Source: Nitrospirota bacterium
Lineage (GTDB): Bacteria > Nitrospirota > Nitrospiria > 2-01-FULL-66-17
DNA length: 64,000 nucleotides
Assembly: GCA_049325335.1 (NCBI GenBank)
Contig: JBMOMC010000043.1
Location: forward strand, 373,852 to 437,851
Direction: 5' to 3'
Part shown: piece by piece, positions 50,900 to 60,938 of the stretch
Numbering within the stretch: the stretch's first letter is position 1
Layout: every line of letters starts with the position of its first letter
The notes under the pieces: model-generated
What the model was told of the DNA's origin: nothing
Databases searched by the model: none
What the model saw: the letters and a program-made list of their open reading frames with translations, nothing else
Made by a program: the position numbers and the translations under genes

Positions 50900-51883
50900 T
50901 TACCGCGCGGTCGGGCGTTTTTTGCCCAGGGCCTCGATCACCCCCGCGGCCAGCAGCGGAAACATGATCTCGTGGTGGCCGGTCAACGTGTAGCCGCGGC
51001 CGCCGGCTTGGGTGGGGCGGCGAACCACGTTGGTGACGGGGCGGTAGTGTTGGGTGAAGTCCATGTTCACGGTGGTGAACTTGACCACGCGGTGTCCGAG
51101 GTTTCTGGCGATCGTCACGGCTTTGAGGAAGACCTCGGGCAATAAGACGGCTGATCCCAGGTTGAGGTACACGCCGCCTTCGAGACGCGCCACCACGGCG
51201 GTGAGACGTTGAAAGTCCTCCAACGACGTGGCGCCGATCGCGGCGCCGTCGGCCGAAGGGTGCATGTGGATGATGTCGGTGCCGATCGCCACGTGCACCG
51301 TGGCCGGGATCCCGAGCCGGTCGGCGGTGGCCAGCAGGCTCGTGGATTTGTACGGGAACGTGCCGCGGTTGATCAACTCGCCCACGGTCTGCCCCATGCC
51401 GATGCCGCGTTTGGCGCCGTCCGCGATGGCGGCGTTGAGTAGCTCGGCGGTGTCGCGCGCCATGCCGAAGCTGCCGTCGTCGATACCGGCTTCGACTTCT
51501 TCAGACGTCTTGCCGACCAAGGCCAGTTCCAGGTCATGGATGATTCCGGCGCCGTTCATGGCCAGGCCGGAGATCACGCCGCGTTTCATGAGATCGATCA
51601 GGATCGGGTTTAACCCGACCTTGATCGGATGCGCGCCCATGCCCACGATCACGGGTTTGCGAGCGCGGTGGGCGGACACGATGTCGGTGATCACGGTTTT
51701 GAGCGTGCGGGCCGCGAGGATATCGGGTAACGCGTCGAGAAAGCGGGCGAAGCTGCGGCCGGTGCGATGCGGTTTGGCCACGTCGGCCACGCGGACTTTA
51801 CTCGGCCGCGATTGCGTGGCGTAGGTCTTGATCCGCGAAAAGTCGAGCGGAGGAAACGAGGAGGTTCGGCGAGAGCGTGTCAC
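50900..51883 (-). CDS. Deoxyhypusine-synthase-like protein (GSU2086-like)
   Basis: GMGAHPIKVG, NGAGIIHD.E, GSFGMA, VHVAIGTDIIHMHP, GSAVLLPEVFLKA, GHHEIM.P. Confidence 0.7.
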   Translation of the reverse strand: MTRSRRTSSFPPLDFSRIKTYATQSRPSKVRVADVAKPHRTGRSFARFLDALPDILAARTLKTVITDIVSAHRARKPVIVGMGAHPIKVGLNPILIDLMKRGVISGLAMNGAGIIHDLELALVGKTSEEVEAGIDDGSFGMARDTAELLNAAIADGAKRGIGMGQTVGELINRGTFPYKSTSLLATADRLGIPATVHVAIGTDIIHMHPSADGAAIGATSLEDFQRLTAVVARLEGGVYLNLGSAVLLPEVFLKAVTIARNLGHRVVKFTTVNMDFTQHYRPVTNVVRRPTQAGGRGYTLTGHHEIMFPLLAAGVIEALGKKRPTAR

Positions 51884-51934
51884 CGAGGGACAATCACACG
51901 CGGTCGGGCGCGCCGGGGTCCGACGGAGGAGGCG

Positions 51935-52513
51935 TCACCGATTCGGGGGAAACAGGGCGTCTTCCACCAATTCGCACAACACGTGCGCCAGGGTGATGTG
52001 GGTTTCTTGAATGCGCGGCGTACTGTTGGACGGTACGATAAACGCGTAGTCAACCATGGACGCCAGCTTGCCGCCGTCCTTGCCGGTGAAGGCGATGGTC
52101 ACCATACCCAGCGGTTTTGCCGCTTCCACGCCGCGCAACACGTTCGGCGAGTTGCCGCTGGTGCTGAGCGCGATGGCCACGTCGCCTGTGCGGCCGAACG
52201 CGCGCACTTGACGCGAAAAGAGTTCTTGAAAGTCGTAGTCGTTGCTGATGCTGGTCACAACCGATGGATCGGACGCCAACGCGATGGCGGGGAGGCCGTC
52301 CCGGTCGCGGTTGAAGCGATTGACCAATTCGCCCGCGATGTGGGAGGCGTCGGTCGCGCTGCCGCCGTTTCCGAACAACAACACCTTGTGGTCTTTTTTA
52401 TACGCGGCGACGATGGTGTCGGCGACCTCGGCGATCCGGTTCTCGTACCGCGTGAGAAAGGCCTCTTTTACCGCGATGCTGTCTTGAAACGACCGTCGAA
52501 TGCGTTCGATCAT
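51935..52513 (-). CDS. gmhA: Phosphoheptose isomerase
   Basis: GNGGSATDASH, ND, STSGNS.N, TG..GG, RIQETH. Confidence 0.95.
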   Translation of the reverse strand: MIERIRRSFQDSIAVKEAFLTRYENRIAEVADTIVAAYKKDHKVLLFGNGGSATDASHIAGELVNRFNRDRDGLPAIALASDPSVVTSISNDYDFQELFSRQVRAFGRTGDVAIALSTSGNSPNVLRGVEAAKPLGMVTIAFTGKDGGKLASMVDYAFIVPSNSTPRIQETHITLAHVLCELVEDALFPPNR

Positions 52514-52648
52514 GGCGAGATCGGGATGGTTGTGAGGATGGCTGCCGCGCGGGACATCTTATGCGCGCGTCTTTTGAGTTGTCAAGGCACGGGCGCGCGG
52601 GTATGATCTGTCGTGCGGCGCGCGCACGGATGGGCGCGTCGCCCGTAC

Positions 52649-54049
52649 ATGATCGACATCGTACCCTCTCACACGTGGTGGACGGCGGCGCGCTGGGCGC
52701 TGGGCGTCTCCGGCGCGGTGGTTGCCGGCGCCGCGGCCTGCTCGTGGTCCTGGCGGGTGGTTCGTCGCGCGGTGTTGACCCGCCGGGATACCCGCGTGGC
52801 CGGCGCACGTGTCATCGTCGAGACCCTGATGGCCCGGGACGGCGCCGCCGCGCCCGTTGTCCTCCCGAGCGTTGTTCTCTCCGACGTGTTCCTGGACCGC
52901 TTCGCCGACGTGTTCGACCGCGCGCCGGATTCCGTTCGAGTCCGACTGGCGGCACATGCCGAACAATTCGGCTACCCGGATCACTTTCGCGCGTTGAGTC
53001 GGAGCCCGTGGGCTCGGCGGCGCCTGCGCGCCGCGCGATGGCTGGGGCGCTTGCGGCACCGGGACGGGGTCGCGGATGTGGTCCGATTGACCCACGATCG
53101 GTCCGTACGCGTGCGGACCGCGGCCGTGGCCGCGCTCGGGCCGACGCGAGATGCGCGCGCGGCGGCCGCGCTGGCCGAACTCCTGGACGGCCTGGCAACC
53201 GGAGGGCCGCGTCGCACAGTACCGGTCCACGTGTTGACGCGGGCGCTTGCGGCGCACGGGGAGGACGGCACCGCGCTCGCGTTGGCCCGATTCCGGAGTG
53301 CTTCCGCCGCGGTGCGGGCCGCGGCAGCCGACGTGCTGGCGAGCGCGTCCACCCCGAACCCCGCCGTGCGCGACGCGCTCCAATCCGCGCTGAATGACCC
53401 GGACGGCGAGGTCCGAGCCCGCGCGGCCAAGGCCATCGGCGCCCTCGGGGACGCGGGCGCGGTGGGTTCGCTGGTCACGGCCTTGGCCGATCCGGTGTGG
53501 TTCGTCCGGCTTCAGGCCGCGAAGGCGATCGGCGCGTTGGCGCAGGCGCGGGCGGTGCGCGCGCTCATGACCGCGTTGACCGACGAGGCGTGGCAAGTGC
53601 GCGCGGCCGCGGCCGACGCGCTCCGACGGGTGGGCGCGCCGGCGGTGTCCGCGTTGGCCGAGTGCCTGTTGGAGAGTCGGGACCGCTATGCAAAAGAACA
53701 AGTGGTGGAAGAATTGCAGCGTACGCCGTGGGTCCTCGATCAAATCGAGGCGTTGGACGGGGCGCAGGCCGACGCAACCTTCGCGGCACAGCGTTTCCTG
53801 CGGGAAATGGCGCGCCACGGGGCCACGTCGGTGCTGCTCGACGCGCTCCGACGTCACCCCCGCGCGGGAGTGCGGCGCCGGCTGGCGGCCGTGCTGGGCG
53901 TGGTGGACGCGCCTCGGGTGATCGCGGCGCTCCACGACCTGGCGGAACATGATCGCGACGCCGGCGTCCGCGAGGCGTCGCGTCGCGCGCTCACGGGCCG
54001 CCCGAATCGTTCATTCGGCCGGCGCCCCGACCAGGAGCGCGCGGCGTGA
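52649..54049 (+). CDS. Membrane-anchored HEAT/PBS-lyase repeat protein
   Basis: N-terminal TM helix; repeats LNDPDGEVRARAAKAIG, LADPVWFVRLQAAKAIG, LTDEAWQVRAAAADAL. Confidence 0.8.
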   Translation: MIDIVPSHTWWTAARWALGVSGAVVAGAAACSWSWRVVRRAVLTRRDTRVAGARVIVETLMARDGAAAPVVLPSVVLSDVFLDRFADVFDRAPDSVRVRLAAHAEQFGYPDHFRALSRSPWARRRLRAARWLGRLRHRDGVADVVRLTHDRSVRVRTAAVAALGPTRDARAAAALAELLDGLATGGPRRTVPVHVLTRALAAHGEDGTALALARFRSASAAVRAAAADVLASASTPNPAVRDALQSALNDPDGEVRARAAKAIGALGDAGAVGSLVTALADPVWFVRLQAAKAIGALAQARAVRALMTALTDEAWQVRAAAADALRRVGAPAVSALAECLLESRDRYAKEQVVEELQRTPWVLDQIEALDGAQADATFAAQRFLREMARHGATSVLLDALRRHPRAGVRRRLAAVLGVVDAPRVIAALHDLAEHDRDAGVREASRRALTGRPNRSFGRRPDQERAA

Positions 54050-55425
54050 TCAACGCGGCGGTGTCGGCCGCCGCGGGGCTGTTCGCGGGGTACGCCGTGG
54101 TCATCGCGCTCGGCGGTCTGGCGTTGGCGTTCTCCGCCGCCTGGGTCGTGCTCCGTCACGGACGCGAGGCCGCGCTCGGGGCGGGTGATCCGTCGTTCGG
54201 GGGGCGCGCGGTCCCTCCCGTGTCCGTGGTGCTCACGGTGACCGACGAGGACCGGGACATCGGCGAACGGCTCGACGCATTGGCCGCGTTGGAGTACCCG
54301 GCGTTTGAACTCGTGGTGGTGTCCAACGGACCGATCGCGCCGGACCTGGCGCGAGCTATGACCCGCTTACACACGCAGCCGGTGGATCTGATCTACCGCC
54401 CGTTGATCAAGACCGGGCGGATCATGGGGTGTTACCACAGTCCGACCGCCTCGAATCTGATCGTCCTTGAAAAGGAACGCGGCGCGATCGCGGACGCGCT
54501 CAACGCGGGCATCAACGCGGCCCGCAGCCCGTATGTCTGCCTGGTTGAGCCGCGCACGTGGCTGGATCGCTCCGCGCTCGCGCGCCTCATGGGCCCGATG
54601 CTCGAAGATCCCGAACGGGTGGTCATGACCGCGGGAATCGCGCGCGTGATGAACGGGAGTTCGGTGCGCGACCATGACGTGGCGGTGGGCGAATGCCCGT
54701 CACATCCCGCTGTGGCGTGGTCCGTGTTGACCGGGCTGCGCGGCGCGTTGTTCGCGGCGGGCGCGAGCCCCATCTTGGGCGCCGGCGTCGGGCTGCGCGG
54801 CGCGGTGGTGGTTCATCGGAAGGAGGCGCTTCGCGTGGACGGGGTGCCGTCGGAGGGCGCGGCCGGAGATCTTGTCGTCGTGTCCTGGACCCGCGCGGGG
54901 CGTCGCTCGGCGTTCGTGCCGCTCCCGGTGGCGTGGATGGTCGCGCCCGCGACGTTCGCGGGGCTCGCGGCCGCGCACCGCCTCCACGCCGCGGCCGCGT
55001 TCGCCGCGCTGCGGGCGTTGTGGAGTCGGGCTGGGCGCCGAGAAGCCCACGGGGTCATCCGGCACGCGGCCCGTTTGGGTCGCCACGCGTGGACGCTGGC
55101 CGCGCCGCTCGACGTGGCCGCGCTGGTGGTGGCGAGCGCGGCGTTCGGGTTGGGCGCGCGCGATTTTACGCTCCTCCTCACGGTGTGGATGAGCGTGTTG
55201 GTGGGACGCACCGCGGCCTCCTCGGCCGCGATTTTGCTCCATGACGTGACCCCCAAGCGGTATCCGTCGTCGTGGGACGTGGCGCGGTTGTTCCTCGCCG
55301 TGGTGTTCGATCTGACGGTCGGGCGGTTGCTGGCCCTGTGGTGGACGGTCTCGGCCGCGCCGTGTCGGCGTCGCGCCGGCCCGCCCCCGATGTCAACGCC
55401 CGCAACCGCCGAAACCGGCGGGTAA
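54046..55425 (+). CDS. GT2-family glycosyltransferase homolog, catalytically degenerate
   Basis: PPVSVV, LEYPAFELVVV, ADALNAGINAAR, C-terminal TM helices; DxD, ED and QxxRW motifs absent. Confidence 0.7.
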   Translation: MINAAVSAAAGLFAGYAVVIALGGLALAFSAAWVVLRHGREAALGAGDPSFGGRAVPPVSVVLTVTDEDRDIGERLDALAALEYPAFELVVVSNGPIAPDLARAMTRLHTQPVDLIYRPLIKTGRIMGCYHSPTASNLIVLEKERGAIADALNAGINAARSPYVCLVEPRTWLDRSALARLMGPMLEDPERVVMTAGIARVMNGSSVRDHDVAVGECPSHPAVAWSVLTGLRGALFAAGASPILGAGVGLRGAVVVHRKEALRVDGVPSEGAAGDLVVVSWTRAGRRSAFVPLPVAWMVAPATFAGLAAAHRLHAAAAFAALRALWSRAGRREAHGVIRHAARLGRHAWTLAAPLDVAALVVASAAFGLGARDFTLLLTVWMSVLVGRTAASSAAILLHDVTPKRYPSSWDVARLFLAVVFDLTVGRLLALWWTVSAAPCRRRAGPPPMSTPATAETGG

Positions 55426-55433
55426 TGCGAGCC

Positions 55434-56603
55434 TCACTCTCCGGCGTCTGAATGTGCGCGGCGCGCCCGGGCCGTGGTGAGCAGGTGCCGAGCGGCCAAG
55501 ATCAGTCCTCCCGCGGCCGCGACCGCGCTGACCCCGAACAAGGCGGACGCGCCCCAGCGCGCGTACAACGCGCCGTTAAAGAGCGAACTGGCGGCCGAGC
55601 CCACGCCGTAGGCCAGGCTGCTGTAGAGGGTCTGTCCCGTGGCGCGCAACGACGGGGGCGCGGTACGGTGCACCAGCGTGACGGCTGCCACGTGAAACGC
55701 GCCGAAGGTGAGCGCGTGCAGCGCCTGTGCCGCGACCAATCCTGCGGTCCCCGGGCTCGCGCTCATCACCCCCCAGCGCGCGACCGCGGCCGCGAACGAG
55801 AGCGCGAACAAGGTCTCGGCGCTGATCCACGACATCACGCGCGCCGACCAGAACATGAACAGGATTTCGACCACCACGCCCACGGACCAGAGCGCGCCGA
55901 TCGCCGAGGCGGACCATCCGCGGCCTTCCAGCGCGATCGAAAAAAATCCGTAATACATCCCGTGGCTGAACTGCATGAGCAGACACGCGGCGTAAAACGT
56001 CCACAACGGCCGTAGACCGCGCCACGCGCGCGGTCGCAGCTCCGCGGGGTCCGGCGCGCCGCGCGTGGCGGGGAATCCGCACGCGGCCAGCGCGGCCGCG
56101 GCGTATCCGGCGAGCACGCCGTAGAGGATCACGCGGTCCGATTGGGCCGCCTTGAGCCACGCGCCCATCGCCAAGGTGGCCGCGACGAATCCGACCGACC
56201 CCCACAGTCTGATCCGACCGTAGTCAAAACGTTTGAGCCGGTCCACGGTCTCCAAGGTGGTGGCTTCCACCAACGGGAGGACCGGGGCCCAAACAAACGC
56301 AAAAACGACCATAACCGCCAACACGCTCCAAAACGTGGTGGTGACGAGGAATCCGGCGAACGCGAGCGTGGTGGCGACCGACATGGCGATAATCAGCCGC
56401 CGCCCGCCGCCCGACCGGTCTGCCACGAGCCCGAAGCCGGCGGGCACGAGGATTTTGAGCAGCGGCGGCATGGCGGCGAGCAGCCCGATCTGCCACGGGG
56501 TAAAACCCAGGTGCAGGAGGTAGAGGTTAAAGTAGGGGAGAAAGACTCCGAGCGCCGCGAACGACGCGAAGTAGAACGCGGTCAGCGCCAGGGCGGCCTG
56601 CAC
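55434..56603 (-). CDS. MFS transporter (MFS_1_like / HcaT-like)
   Basis: PYFNLYL, YGRIRLWGSVGF, GVVVEI, QALHALTFG; 12 TM helices. Confidence 0.88.
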   Translation of the reverse strand: MQAALALTAFYFASFAALGVFLPYFNLYLLHLGFTPWQIGLLAAMPPLLKILVPAGFGLVADRSGGGRRLIIAMSVATTLAFAGFLVTTTFWSVLAVMVVFAFVWAPVLPLVEATTLETVDRLKRFDYGRIRLWGSVGFVAATLAMGAWLKAAQSDRVILYGVLAGYAAAALAACGFPATRGAPDPAELRPRAWRGLRPLWTFYAACLLMQFSHGMYYGFFSIALEGRGWSASAIGALWSVGVVVEILFMFWSARVMSWISAETLFALSFAAAVARWGVMSASPGTAGLVAAQALHALTFGAFHVAAVTLVHRTAPPSLRATGQTLYSSLAYGVGSAASSLFNGALYARWGASALFGVSAVAAAGGLILAARHLLTTARARRAHSDAGE

Positions 56604-56651
56604 CGGGTCACGCGGCTTTCGCGCGGCGCGCGCCGCGATGCGGGGACACGG

Positions 56652-56987
56652 TCAGGACGGGGACGCCCCGCCCTCGAACCGGATCACGAGACGATCCACC
56701 ACCTCCCCGCGCCCGATGTGCCGGTCCATGACCTCCAACACGTCCGCCTCGGTGCGCAGCCGGTACCACACGCCCTCGGGGTAGATTACGACCACCGGGC
56801 CATATTCGCACGCGTCCAGACAGCCAGCCTTGTTCGCGCGAACCTGGGCCTGAAGCCCGCGGCGTTTCACCTCGGATTTGAACAGTTCCTGCAAACGCTC
56901 CGACCCCTTGGCCGCGCAACTGCCCTTGGGGTCGTCCGCGGTGCGCTGATTGATGCACGAGAAAATATGAAACCGGTACCGAGACAT
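56652..56987 (-). CDS. Thioredoxin-like [2Fe-2S] ferredoxin
   Basis: HIFSC...SC...AGCLDACEYGP.VVIYPEGVWY; start ATG 56987; TGCTATAAT upstream. Confidence 0.9.
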   Translation of the reverse strand: MSRYRFHIFSCINQRTADDPKGSCAAKGSERLQELFKSEVKRRGLQAQVRANKAGCLDACEYGPVVVIYPEGVWYRLRTEADVLEVMDRHIGRGEVVDRLVIRFEGGASPS

Positions 56988-57186
56988 CCGTCCCTCCGCG
57001 TCAAAGTGGGGCGGATTATAGCACGGCAGATCACTCTTCCCCAGTGCGAGAGACCGAGGTGTCCATGCGAACAAGGCCTGCCCTGCCGCTTGGTTTCGGT
57101 CGGTCTTCGCGGGTTCCGGGATCGGATTGTATTGGGTTGCGTCGGGTTCGCCTCCGGTCCCGGCTCTGTGGTAGCATGCCGGCGCC

Positions 57187-58512
57187 ATGGACCTGTTTAC
57201 CGCCGACCCCCCAAAGTCCGCCGAGCCCCGCCCGCCGCTTGCTGAGCGTATTCGGCCCCGCAGTTTGGATGAGTTCGTGGGCCAGGAGCATTTGGTGGGC
57301 AAGGGCCGGTTCTTGTCTTCGGTGCTCCAAGCGGAGCACCCGCCGTCGTTGATCTTCTGGGGGCCGCCGGGTTCCGGCAAGACCACGCTCGCGCATTTGA
57401 TCGCGAACAGCACCAAGTGCCGGTTCGTATTTTTCTCTGCGGTGCTGTCCGGCGTCAAAGAAGTGCGCGAACTGGTGGCCGAGGCCAGGACCCGGCGGCA
57501 GCACGGCGAACGCACGATCTTGTTCGTCGACGAAATCCATCGCTTCAATCGCAACCAGCAAGACGCGTTCCTCCCGCACGTGGAAGACGGCACCATCGTG
57601 TTGATGGGCGCGACCACGGAGAATCCCAGCTTCGAGGTCAACGCGCCGTTGCTCTCGCGCTGCAAGGTGCTCACGCTCCGGCCCCTGCGCGTGGAGCAGG
57701 TGGTGACGTTGCTGCGACGGGCGGTGAACGATCACGAACGCGGCGTGGGCGACTTGGGCGTGGTCTGCGACGACGAGTTGCTGGCCGAGATCGCAGAGTG
57801 GGCCGAGGGCGATGCGCGGCGCGCGCTCAACCTGCTGGAGCAATCGCTCGCGCTCTGCGCCGTGACCGACGGCCGACGGCTGCTCAGCGCGCGCGAGGTG
57901 CGCGAGGCCGCGCAGCACCGCGTCTTATTGTTCGACAAGGGCCGGGAAGAGCACTACAACGTTATCTCCGCGTTGATCAAGAGCCTGCGCGGCAGCGACC
58001 CCGATGCCGCGGTGTACTGGCTGGCGCGGTTGCTGGAGTCCGGGGAGGACCCGTTGTTCGTGGCGCGGCGGATGGTCATTTTCGCGTCCGAGGACGTGGG
58101 TAACGCGGACCCGCAAGGGTTGGTGGTTGCGGTGGCTGCGTTGCAGGCGTTCCACGCGGTAGGCATGCCGGAGGGCTGGATTCCGTTGAGCCACGCGGCC
58201 ACGTACCTGGCCACCGCGCCCAAGAGCAACGCAAGTTACGTGGCGTACCGCCGGGCCGCCGCGGAGTTGCAAGACAGCGGCACGTTGCCGGTGCCGTTGC
58301 ACTTGCGCAACGCGCCGACCAAGTTGATGAAGGCCGAGGGGTACGCCGAAGGGTATCGCTACCCGCACGATTTCCCGGGGCACGTGGTCAGCCAACAGTA
58401 CCTGCCGGATGCGTTGGCGGGGCGTCGCTATTACGACCCCGGCGATCAAGGCTACGAGCGCGAGATCGGTCGCCGCCTCGAAACGTGGCGAAACGACTCC
58501 GAGGAAGAATGA
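57187..58512 (+). CDS. rarA: Replication-associated recombination protein A
   Basis: PLAERIRP, WGPPGSGKTT, DEIHRF, ATTENPSF, KSLRGSDPDAA, SEDVGNADP. Confidence 0.95.
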   Translation: MDLFTADPPKSAEPRPPLAERIRPRSLDEFVGQEHLVGKGRFLSSVLQAEHPPSLIFWGPPGSGKTTLAHLIANSTKCRFVFFSAVLSGVKEVRELVAEARTRRQHGERTILFVDEIHRFNRNQQDAFLPHVEDGTIVLMGATTENPSFEVNAPLLSRCKVLTLRPLRVEQVVTLLRRAVNDHERGVGDLGVVCDDELLAEIAEWAEGDARRALNLLEQSLALCAVTDGRRLLSAREVREAAQHRVLLFDKGREEHYNVISALIKSLRGSDPDAAVYWLARLLESGEDPLFVARRMVIFASEDVGNADPQGLVVAVAALQAFHAVGMPEGWIPLSHAATYLATAPKSNASYVAYRRAAAELQDSGTLPVPLHLRNAPTKLMKAEGYAEGYRYPHDFPGHVVSQQYLPDALAGRRYYDPGDQGYEREIGRRLETWRNDSEEE

Positions 58513-58563
58513 GGCCCGCCGCGCTTGCATTGTGCTCGGAGGCCTTGCTATTCTGGCGCCGCC

Positions 58564-59178
58564 TTGGGTGCCGAGGACGAGCGCGAACACATACGTCGGG
58601 CCGCGTTGGCCCGACGCGACGCGTTGGCGCCGGAGACCCGCGACGCGTGTAGTCGCGCGATCGCGGATCGGTTCTGGGCCTTTCCCGAGGCGGCCGCGGC
58701 TCGGACGGTGCTGCTGTCGCTGTCGGTCGGCAGCGAAGTGTCCACGCGGACGCTGGTGGCTGAGGCGAGGCAACGCGGGCTGCGGGTGGCGGTGCCGGTG
58801 ACGTTGACGGCCGAGCGCCGTTTGCTGGCGGTGGAGTTCCCGGGGGAGGACCGGTTGGAACCGGGGCCGTTCGGCATTCTCCAACCCCGTCCCAACGTGC
58901 GGGTGCCGGTGCCGGTTGATCGACTCGATCTGATTGTGGCGCCCGGCGCGGCGTTCGACCCGCGCGGGAATCGGTTGGGGTGGGGCGCGGGGTATTATGA
59001 TCGGTTGCTGGCGGGGCGTCGTGCCGGCGCGCCGATCGTGGCGTTGGCGTTCGAGTGTCAAATCGTGCCGGCGATTCCGTCCGAGCCGCACGACGTGCCG
59101 ATGGACGTGATCGTGACCGAACAACGAGTGATCAGGTCCCGACGAGGGGCCGGGGTCAGCGAGATGAAAGGGGAGTGA
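58564..59178 (+). CDS. 5-formyltetrahydrofolate cyclo-ligase
   Basis: [44 protein letters not shown]; start uncertain (TTG 58564). Confidence 0.92.
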   Translation: MGAEDEREHIRRAALARRDALAPETRDACSRAIADRFWAFPEAAAARTVLLSLSVGSEVSTRTLVAEARQRGLRVAVPVTLTAERRLLAVEFPGEDRLEPGPFGILQPRPNVRVPVPVDRLDLIVAPGAAFDPRGNRLGWGAGYYDRLLAGRRAGAPIVALAFECQIVPAIPSEPHDVPMDVIVTEQRVIRSRRGAGVSEMKGE

Positions 59179-59180
59179 AC

Positions 59181-60050
59181 GTGGCGGCGCAGTTGATCGA
59201 CGGCAAGGTGATTTCCAAGGCAGTCAAAGAGGAGGTGCGCGCGCGGGTTGACGCGCTGATCGCCAAAGGCATCCGACCGGGCCTGGCCACGGTGTTGGTG
59301 GGAGAGGACCCGGCATCCCAGGTGTACGTGCGCAACAAGCAGCGCACGTGCGAGGAACTCGGGATGCACACGGTGGGGCACAACCTGCCCGCCGCGACTT
59401 CGCAAAGCGACTTGTTGGCGTTGATTCAGCGATTGAACGCGGATCCCGCGATCCACGGGATCCTGGTGCAACTGCCGTTGCCCAAACCGCTGCGCAGCGA
59501 GCCGATCCTCAACGCCATGTCGCCGGACAAGGACGCGGACGGGCTGCACCCGTTCAATATGGGCAAACTCCTGATGGGCGAGCCGCGGTTCGTCCCGTGT
59601 ACGCCCGCGGGGGTGATCGCGATGTTGGATTACCACAAATTGCCGATCGAGGGGAAAACCGCGGTGGTAGTGGGCCGCAGCAACCTGGTCGGCAAACCGG
59701 TCGCCCTGCTGTTGATGCACCGGCACGCCACGGTGACCGTGTGTCATTCCAAGACGCCCAACCTCGCGGAAGTCTGTCGGCGCGCGGACATTGTGGTGGC
59801 GGCGATGGGTAAGGCGCATTTTATCACCGGCGACATGGTCAAGGACGGCGCGGTGGTGATCGACGTGGGCATCAACCGGTTACCGGACGGTAAACTCGTC
59901 GGCGACGTGGACTTCGCGGCGGTCGCGCCCAAGGCATCGTGGATCACCCCGGTGCCGGGGGGAGTCGGGCCGATGACGATCGCGATGTTGATGCAGAACA
60001 CGATGCTGGCCGCGTCCATGACCGCGGACGCGGGGCAGCATCGGCACTGA
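59181..60050 (+). CDS. folD: Bifunctional methylene-THF dehydrogenase/cyclohydrolase
   Basis: [40 protein letters not shown]. Confidence 0.96.
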   Translation: MAAQLIDGKVISKAVKEEVRARVDALIAKGIRPGLATVLVGEDPASQVYVRNKQRTCEELGMHTVGHNLPAATSQSDLLALIQRLNADPAIHGILVQLPLPKPLRSEPILNAMSPDKDADGLHPFNMGKLLMGEPRFVPCTPAGVIAMLDYHKLPIEGKTAVVVGRSNLVGKPVALLLMHRHATVTVCHSKTPNLAEVCRRADIVVAAMGKAHFITGDMVKDGAVVIDVGINRLPDGKLVGDVDFAAVAPKASWITPVPGGVGPMTIAMLMQNTMLAASMTADAGQHRH

Positions 60051-60059
60051 GGAGAGAGC

Positions 60060-60938
60060 ATGCGGCGATTGCGCGAAGTCATTGAATCAGGCCAATTTGC
60101 GGTCACGGTCGAATGCGAACCCCCCAAGGGCGCAGATGTCACGGCCGTGCTCTCGCGCACCAAGGCGTTGGTGGGGCGCGTACACGGCATCAACGTCACG
60201 GACAACCAGGCGGCCGTGATGCGGATGTCGTCGTTGGCCATGTGCCGGTTGCTCTATGAGCAGGGCCACGACCCGGTGCTCCAGTTGACCACGCGGGACC
60301 GTAACCGATTGGCGCTCCAATCCGACCTGCTGGGCGCGCACGCATTGGGCATTCGCAACGTGCTCTGCCTGCGCGGCGACGATCCCAGCGTGGGGGACCA
60401 CAAAGACGCCAAGCCCGTGTTCGATTTGGACGCGGCGCAACTGTTGGGCGTGGTGAACGGACTGAATGCGGGCAAGGATTTGGCGGGCAACGCGCTCAAG
60501 GGCGCGACCGACTTTTTCCCCGCGGCCGCGGTCAGCCCGGAAATGGTCCCACCGGAGCCGCAACTGGCCGGCCTCCAGAAGAAGATGGCGTCGGGCGCGC
60601 GGTTTTTCCAGACCCAGGCGGTCTACAACCCGGACCGGTTCGGCGCGTTCATGGACAAGGCGCGGCCGCTCGGCGCGCGTATTTTGGCCGGTATCGTGGT
60701 ACTCAAGTCCGCCAAGATGGCCGAATACATGAACAAGAACATCCCCGGCATCTCGGTGCCCCAGCCGCTCATCGACGAGTTGGCCGCTGCGAGCAAGGAG
60801 GAGGCCCTGGGTGTGGGCATCGACATTGCGGTGCGGCTCATCGGCCAACTCCGCCCCCTGTGCCAGGGCGTGCACATCATGGCCGTGGGCGCGGACCAGG
60901 CCATCCCGGAGATCCTCACCCGCGCGAAACTTTCCTAA
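60060..60938 (+). CDS. metF: Methylenetetrahydrofolate reductase
   Basis: E..PPKG, NVTD, TRDRNR.ALQS, GDDP, FFQTQ, GVHIM. Confidence 0.9.
   Translation: MRRLREVIESGQFAVTVECEPPKGADVTAVLSRTKALVGRVHGINVTDNQAAVMRMSSLAMCRLLYEQGHDPVLQLTTRDRNRLALQSDLLGAHALGIRNVLCLRGDDPSVGDHKDAKPVFDLDAAQLLGVVNGLNAGKDLAGNALKGATDFFPAAAVSPEMVPPEPQLAGLQKKMASGARFFQTQAVYNPDRFGAFMDKARPLGARILAGIVVLKSAKMAEYMNKNIPGISVPQPLIDELAAASKEEALGVGIDIAVRLIGQLRPLCQGVHIMAVGADQAIPEILTRAKLS

Noticed and set aside
56988..57674. Long N-terminal extension of the ferredoxin ORF (340 aa)
   Set aside because: Overlaps rarA on the opposite strand; the real start is ATG 56987 with its own RBS and -10.
58513..58563. 6S RNA upstream of 5-formyl-THF cyclo-ligase
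   Set aside because: Only about 50 bp separates rarA from the gene, and it is occupied by a promoter-like sequence.
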